A DNA stretch of 33,034 nucleotides from Thermoproteota archaeon (lineage in GTDB: Archaea; Thermoproteota; EX4484-205; JAAOZP01): the NCBI GenBank assembly GCA_049700215.1, contig JBNAVT010000013.1:17278-50311 (forward strand). Reading direction: 5' to 3'. Every line of letters starts with the position of its first letter. The stretch's first letter is position 1. Of the stretch, positions 28,458-33,034 are shown piece by piece. The notes under the pieces are model-generated. The model searched no databases. It saw nothing but the letters and a program-made list of their open reading frames with translations, and had not been told where the DNA came from. Position numbers and translations under genes: made by a program.

Positions 28458-28475
28458 GTTTTTATATATTCTTTT
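28458..28475 (-). promoter_or_regulatory. Putative BRE/TATA for the RAM-domain pair
   Basis: Minus strand AAAAGAATATATAAAAA about 25-40 nt upstream of the ATG at 28434. Confidence 0.5.
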
Positions 28476-28630
28476 CCCTCTTCACGAAAATCCCTAAACC
28501 CTGGCACGCTCGTCCCCAAGCCGCCAAATCAGAAAAACCCCGGGGAAGAACAGTCTCGCAAGCATCTTGAAAAGAATTCGTAAACCAGGCTATTAACGGC
28601 TGGAAACCCTTGTTTCAAGGAGGATTCAGC

Positions 28631-28730
28631 CTAGCGCGCGTTTCTCGGAAAAACAAGGATTAGCTCAGAATCGTTCAAGACGGTTTCTAGTGGAGGGCTT
28701 GAGGCTGTTGCTCCAAAGTTAGCGCGCGCT
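28631..28730. repeat. Two motif copies (CTAGCGCGCG 28631-28640; TAGCGCGCGCT 28720-28730) bracketing a 79-bp segment
   Basis: Read directly. Confidence 0.85.
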
Positions 28731-28925
28731 CCACATGGTCGAAGCTTTCTGAAGGAGTTCTTTCGCACTCCCCCGTCAAGGAACAGCCCGAGGAAGACGC
28801 CGGTGTCAAAGAGAAGCACTCAGTCGACGCTCCTCCAAGCCTCGTGCTGCAGCCCTACAGAATTAGATTCCAACCTACCACAACGCCTCAACTTTTTCCA
28901 GTCAACCCTACCTGACGCTGTGAAG
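28731..28925 (-). pseudogene. Remnant vapBC-like toxin-antitoxin pair (antitoxin tail plus PIN-domain N-terminus)
   Basis: ...RVDWKKLRR...SVGLQHEAWRSVD* abuts (TGA-GTG at 28822/28819) MLLFDTGVFLGLFL, a PIN-type hhhDT start, which breaks off at the motif at 28730. Confidence 0.55.
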
Positions 28926-28999
28926 TGCCCAGCCGCCCGTGTTTCAAAACGAAACCCGTCAAGATGCGGAAAAGCCGGAATAAGGATTAGGAATACTTG

Positions 29000-30334
29000 T
29001 TAAACCCATCCCCTGGCCTTCATAGCCTCAACAACCCTTCTAACAGCAACAACGTAGGCAGCCGTCCTAGGGTCAATACCCTTATCCTTAAACTCCTTCA
29101 AGGCTTCAACAACCTCCCAGAAAGCCCTAGTCATCTTAGCGTCAAGCCTCCTGTAAACCTCCTCATAATCCCAGTAGTACCTCGAAAGATTCTGAACCCA
29201 TTCGAAGTAGGAGACAGTCACACCCCCAGCGTTAGCCAGAAAATCCGGAACGACGAAAACCCCCTTACCGTGAAGAACCTCGTCCGCCTCAGGCGTCGTC
29301 GGACCGTTAGCAAGCTCCAGAACAACCCTAGCCTTAACCCTGCCAGCGTTACCCCGGGTTATCTGGTTTTCAAGAGCAGCCGGGATCAAAACGTCAACCG
29401 GAAGCTCCAAAACCTCCTCGCTACTAATCCTCCTCGAAGACCCATAGTTAACAACGCTCCCAGTCTCCGCCTTAACCCTGCTAACCCTGCCATACGGCAG
29501 CCCATCCTCGTTGAAAACCCCTCCCCGGGAATCACTCACCGCAACAACCCTCACGTTTTTAAAAAGCCTCGTCGCCAAGAAATGCGCAAGCGAGCCAGCA
29601 TTACCATAACCCTGAATCGCAACAGTCACTACATCACCCCCGGGAGAAGCATCAGGAATATTCGAAAGCACTTGAGGAGGCAAGTAAAGCCTAGACTCGT
29701 CAACCTCAAGACCAAGCCCGAGAAACCTGGCAGCCTCCCTTAAGACAAACATGCCACCCCTCGCAGTAGCATCCTCCCTACCCTTCGAACCACCCGTCGC
29801 AAGCAGCTTACCCGTAATAACCTCAGGCACATTATACCCGGCAATCACTGAAAACTCATCCATCATCCAAGTCATCACCTGAGGATCAGTGTAAACATCC
29901 GGAGCAGGAACATCCTTCAACGGTCCCAGGAATCCGGAGAGAGCCCTAACATAAGCCCTAGCAAGCCTCTCCTTCTCGCCAACACTCAGCTTCTTTGGGT
30001 CGCACACAACACCACCCTTCCCACCGCCAAAAGGCAAATCAAGAAGAGCACACTTCCAAGTCATCCAAGCAGCTAAAGCCTTAACAGTATCCAGGTTCTC
30101 CTCAGGATGCCACCTGATCCCACCCTTAGTAGGACCAAGCGCATCATTATACTGAACCCTGAAGCCGGTGAAAACCCTGACAGAACCATCATCCATCTTA
30201 ACAGGAATATTAACAACCAGCGTCCTCAAAGGCTCCCTAAGCAAAGAACGCGTAGCCTCATCCAAACCCAAAACCCCAGCACACCTATCAACCTGCCTCT
30301 GCGCATTCCTAAACGGATTCAGCTCCTCAGTCAA
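29000..30334 (-). CDS. gdhA: Glutamate dehydrogenase (Glu/Leu/Phe/Val dehydrogenase family)
   Basis: [51 protein letters not shown] and [20 protein letters not shown] motifs. Confidence 0.95.
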   Translation of the reverse strand: MTEELNPFRNAQRQVDRCAGVLGLDEATRSLLREPLRTLVVNIPVKMDDGSVRVFTGFRVQYNDALGPTKGGIRWHPEENLDTVKALAAWMTWKCALLDLPFGGGKGGVVCDPKKLSVGEKERLARAYVRALSGFLGPLKDVPAPDVYTDPQVMTWMMDEFSVIAGYNVPEVITGKLLATGGSKGREDATARGGMFVLREAARFLGLGLEVDESRLYLPPQVLSNIPDASPGGDVVTVAIQGYGNAGSLAHFLATRLFKNVRVVAVSDSRGGVFNEDGLPYGRVSRVKAETGSVVNYGSSRRISSEEVLELPVDVLIPAALENQITRGNAGRVKARVVLELANGPTTPEADEVLHGKGVFVVPDFLANAGGVTVSYFEWVQNLSRYYWDYEEVYRRLDAKMTRAFWEVVEALKEFKDKGIDPRTAAYVVAVRRVVEAMKARGWV

Positions 30335-30355
30335 GCCACAAAGCCCGCAAAAATG

Positions 30356-30372
30356 GAATATATAAACTTTTC
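30356..30372 (-). promoter_or_regulatory. BRE/TATA of gdhA (leaderless spacing)
   Basis: Minus strand GAAAAGTTTATATATT about 25-35 nt upstream of the TTG start. Confidence 0.6.
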
Positions 30373-30476
30373 CTTAAATCCCATTTAAACATATCGGAAA
30401 AAACATCCATCAAGCATCGCCAGGACACTGGCACACGTTAAATACGAGGAGGCAAATATAGATTTAGCAGGTGGAA

Positions 30477-30639
30477 ATGCCATTCGAGGAAAGAAGTGAA
30501 AGGTTGGCGAAGTTTCCGATTTACGACGCGCGCACGCGGCGAAGTAAAGCTGGTCGTGGATACTGAAAACAGGCTGGAGCCAATACGCCTGGAGAAAATA
30601 TTGTTCCTCAGGGAAGATTACCCGGAGCTATTCACCTAA
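30477..30639 (+). pseudogene. Small gene remnant with a frame break at a (CG)n motif
   Basis: AGGTGG RBS and ATG (MPFEERSERLAKFPIY), then CGCGCGCACGCG, then a different frame GEVKLVVDTENRLEPIRLEKILFLREDYPELFT*. Confidence 0.5.
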
Positions 30640-31052
30640 CATAGCACGCGCGGGGACATGGGTTTGAGGGGGTGGGGTGGCTAGTGCGCGCTAGTGGATG
30701 CCACAGGATTGCATGATAGGCGAGAGCGATAAAACAATAAGGCCGGAACTCTACATTGCATGAGGTATTTTTGGGGCATTGCGCCATGTGGTTAGCGTTA
30801 GGGGGAAGCAGGAAAATCGTCGCGACCAATAATGTTCCTAAACACCCATAGCGCGCGCGCGCTAGAGTTATATGGAACGTAAAGAGCACGCCCGAATCTT
30901 TTTATATACAATTTTATGACTCCAGCGCACGCTAAAATGCTTGGGGTGCTACTGCTAAAGCCACTGATGCACTTCTTTATGCTAGGGAAAGTTTGAGGTT
31001 GTTGGAAGATTAGAAAGGAGAAGGGAGTTGTACAAATTAGCCCGTAGCGCGC
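30527..31052. repeat. Cluster of six motif copies (30527, 30642, 30681, 30849, 30924, 31045), including perfect 16-bp palindrome TAGCGCGCGCGCGCTA at 30849-30864
   Basis: Read directly. Confidence 0.85.
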
Positions 31053-31190
31053 CTTTATTTAAGTCTTAATCAATAGTTTATAAAAAGCTTCATTCCACAT
31101 ATCCCCCTTCAGTCCCTCCAGAGTACGTGAAATCTGACGAAGACTTTTCTCTTCCTCCTCCTTATTTTTCGGAAACTCGAATAGCCGGCA

Positions 31191-31517
31191 TTAATTGCCG
31201 TTAATTAAAATCAGGCTTGGAACAGCCCAAATCTCCGAAATTAAAACTCCGCTGTCCTTATTCTCCTCTTTCAGCTTTCTCAGCAAGTTCTTGTTATCTG
31301 AGCAGACTATGACTCTCTTAAACCTCTCCAAGGCGCTTTTGATGTTCTTCTCAGCATCGGACCTTCCAAGTTCTATGTTTATCGCAGTCTTGAGAGAAGG
31401 TATTTCTACGTCAGGCTTCTCCTCCCCTATCTTAGCAACCCTGCAAACCAGCCCCCTACCTGTAAGCTCATTGACAATCCAGTAGACGTAATACTCGTGC
31501 TTGATGCTCGGCCTCCT
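31191..31517 (-). pseudogene. 5'-truncated PD-(D/E)XK nuclease-like domain
   Basis: Not in the ORF track (no start codon). Reads RPSIKHEYYVYWIVNELTGRG...KPDVEIPSLKTAINIELGRSDAEKNIKSALERFKRVIVC and begins exactly at the (CG)n motif 31516-31527. Confidence 0.6.
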
Positions 31518-31633
31518 ACGCGCGCGCCTGAGCCATACTTGTTCTTGTTAGGTTTAACGTTATGCTGGATTTTTATCTCTTGAATTAAAAGTTATATATA
31601 TTTCCAGTAGCTAATAAGAACTATGGTGAACAA

Positions 31634-31813
31634 ATGCCTGTGAATGAAGATCAATCAGCCAAACTCTTTGAATTTTTGTCAAAACTCTTGAGACTTATTG
31701 AGAAACATCCAGAAGAAATAAGTAAGTGGTTAACAATGAAAGAGGGGAGAGAAATATTTTCGCTGGCATTCTCCTTCTCTCCGTATGCTTTTAAAAAGAA
31801 AAGATGGGAGTGA
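31634..31813 (+). CDS. Small hypothetical protein (59 aa)
   Basis: GGTGA RBS and upstream TTATATATA; MPVNEDQSAKLFEFLSKLLRLIEKHPEE...KKKRWE*; below the track length cut-off. Confidence 0.55.
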   Translation: MPVNEDQSAKLFEFLSKLLRLIEKHPEEISKWLTMKEGREIFSLAFSFSPYAFKKKRWE

Positions 31814-31817
31814 GAAA

Positions 31818-31976
31818 TTAATTTGCCGCTTTCTCTGCTAATTTTTTAGCAAGTTCCTCGGTTATTCTCAGAGCAGCAGTCCCGCAGCAACTGTGGCCCA
31901 TCCTCCAGCCACCGCCTGTAAGCGCAGTAATCAAAGCATACATCCCTATTTTGGCAGCTTCTTTCTTTGCACCCAG
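31818..31976 (-). CDS. Small Gly/Ala/Lys-rich amphipathic peptide (up to 52 aa; CTG start at 31976 or ATG at 31943)
   Basis: GAKKEAAKIGMYALITALTGGG...TAALRITEELAKKLAEKAAN*; AAAACTTATATT on the minus strand about 25 nt upstream. Confidence 0.4.
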   Translation of the reverse strand: MGAKKEAAKIGMYALITALTGGGWRMGHSCCGTAALRITEELAKKLAEKAAN

Positions 31977-32102
31977 TTATAGGCTTTAGGTAGAAAAATA
32001 TAAGTTTTACCATATTAGGTTGTAGATTTTTAAAAGGCTAATTTCGGTTTTTAGCGTAGGCTAATCCCTTTTTTGATTTGTAGTTATCTAAAGGCTTAAA
32101 TA

Positions 32103-32363
32103 TTACCAACTTCCTTCACTCTTCGCACAATTCTCACATAGCAACATCCTGGTTAGCATGCCCTGCCTCCAGACCTCAACCCTTCTGACATGGTTGAAGC
32201 AAAATGCTTTCTGACATTTCTCGCAAACCCTATAACAGTATATGCAAGTCCTTTTACCGCAGATGTTGCATTTGCCCTCTATCTGGTCTCTCCTGACTAT
32301 TGACTTGCAGGTTTCGCATTCCCAAAGCTCGTTGCAAGTCTTCATGAAACGTTGAACACTCAT
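32103..32363 (-). CDS. Cys-rich multi-zinc-finger small protein
   Basis: CETC, CNIC, CIYC, CEKC, CFNH and CENC in 86 aa. Confidence 0.75.
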   Translation of the reverse strand: MSVQRFMKTCNELWECETCKSIVRRDQIEGKCNICGKRTCIYCYRVCEKCQKAFCFNHVRRVEVWRQGMLTRMLLCENCAKSEGSW

Positions 32364-32456
32364 GCTGAGAAAACTCTCCCTCCTGCAATCTAGAAGAGAA
32401 TGCGTTTAACACGGAAAAAGATTTAAGCATCAGGCTTCAGTTTATTATTGAGCCTT

Positions 32457-33034
32457 ATGGAAGAGGCGAAAGAGATAGAGGAGTACCTTGAATGCATAGA
32501 CCCTTTCGAAATTCCTTTAGACAAGTATAGGAAAATTATTAACGATGATAAATATGGCAGCTTAGCGGAACAGATAATAACCAAGAGACTGGAGGAGCTT
32601 CATGGAAGCTGGATAAAGAAGAAGCTGAGAGAGACGAAAGCTCAGTCGATAGTTGTCTGTGATGGAAGAGTGATCTACTTTTCAAAAAACAGGTATGAGC
32701 CTCCTGACGAGAAGCTGAGAGAAATGGAGGAAGAGACGGGTAAGCCGTGCTACGTGATAACGGGTGAGCCTTTGATAGAAGAGCGAAGCGGCTGGTCTTA
32801 TTTGAGCAAAAGCGACTATTACCCTACCGTCGAAATCTACGTGGGGAGCATCAACTGGGAAGATGAGGACATATTCAAGAAAGGTGTTAAGGTTAGGAGC
32901 GATTTCGACACTGGAAATCCTGAATATACTGTTTTAGATGAGAGATTGTGCAGAAGCATAGAGAAGGAAACATCAATGAGAAGGAGAGGATACCATCTTG
33001 GGATACTTTATCTTTATTTCCCAAGGATGATGAA
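32457..33034 (+). CDS. 3'-truncated protein: DUF5678-like N-terminal region fused to a retropepsin-like (clan AA) aspartic protease domain
   Basis: Not in the track (runs off the window). Open frame from ATG 32457: ...SIVVCDGRVIYFS...EEETGKPCYVI...DYYPTVEIYVG...VRSDFDTGNPEYTV, with the DTG catalytic motif. Confidence 0.65.
   Translation, partial: MEEAKEIEEYLECIDPFEIPLDKYRKIINDDKYGSLAEQIITKRLEELHGSWIKKKLRETKAQSIVVCDGRVIYFSKNRYEPPDEKLREMEEETGKPCYVITGEPLIEERSGWSYLSKSDYYPTVEIYVGSINWEDEDIFKKGVKVRSDFDTGNPEYTVLDERLCRSIEKETSMRRRGYHLGILYLYFPRMM

Noticed and set aside
28997-29743. 248-aa ORF antisense to gdhA
   Set aside because: Fully overlaps a highly conserved gene. Its N/P/L/R-rich composition is the mirror of gdhA codon bias.
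30640-30840. Possible tRNA or structured RNA in the G-rich intergenic stretch
   Set aside because: No cloverleaf or T-loop consensus found by eye; a covariance-model search would be needed.
30632-30889. 85-aa minus-strand ORF in the track
   Set aside because: Crosses three motif copies, has no protein-like features, and is likely spurious.
31195-31485. 96-aa + strand ORF in the track
   Set aside because: It is the antisense shadow of the minus-strand nuclease-like fragment.
30527-31527. CRISPR array
   Set aside because: Repeats are only 8-16 bp and variable, spacers are highly irregular, and no cas genes are present.

Overview
Archaeal (TACK-like, probably a thermophilic heterotroph such as Brockarchaeia or Bathyarchaeia; inferred from gene content, TATA/BRE promoters and apparently leaderless starts) 33 kb region. 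It holds metabolic genes (GHL10-like hydrolase, PHP, amidohydrolase and MBL hydrolases, nucleotidyltransferase, flavoprotein, UroD-family protein, gdhA) and an MscL with an apparently permuted helix order. A cell-surface block encodes a 2180-aa repeat protein, a C25 peptidase, a transglutaminase-like protein and a secreted protein. Further on lie a putative TasA/bundling-pilus-like locus with its own signal peptidase I, TA modules, and an AT-richer patchwork at the right end. The most striking signal is not a gene. A degenerate palindrome, (C)TAG-(CG)n-CTA(G), recurs at about 17 places, mostly where genes are truncated, fused to unrelated DNA or interrupted by an in-frame amber. It may be the scar of an undescribed recombination, repair or mobile-element process, or a sequencing/assembly artefact. 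No rRNA, tRNA, CRISPR array or transposase was recognised.
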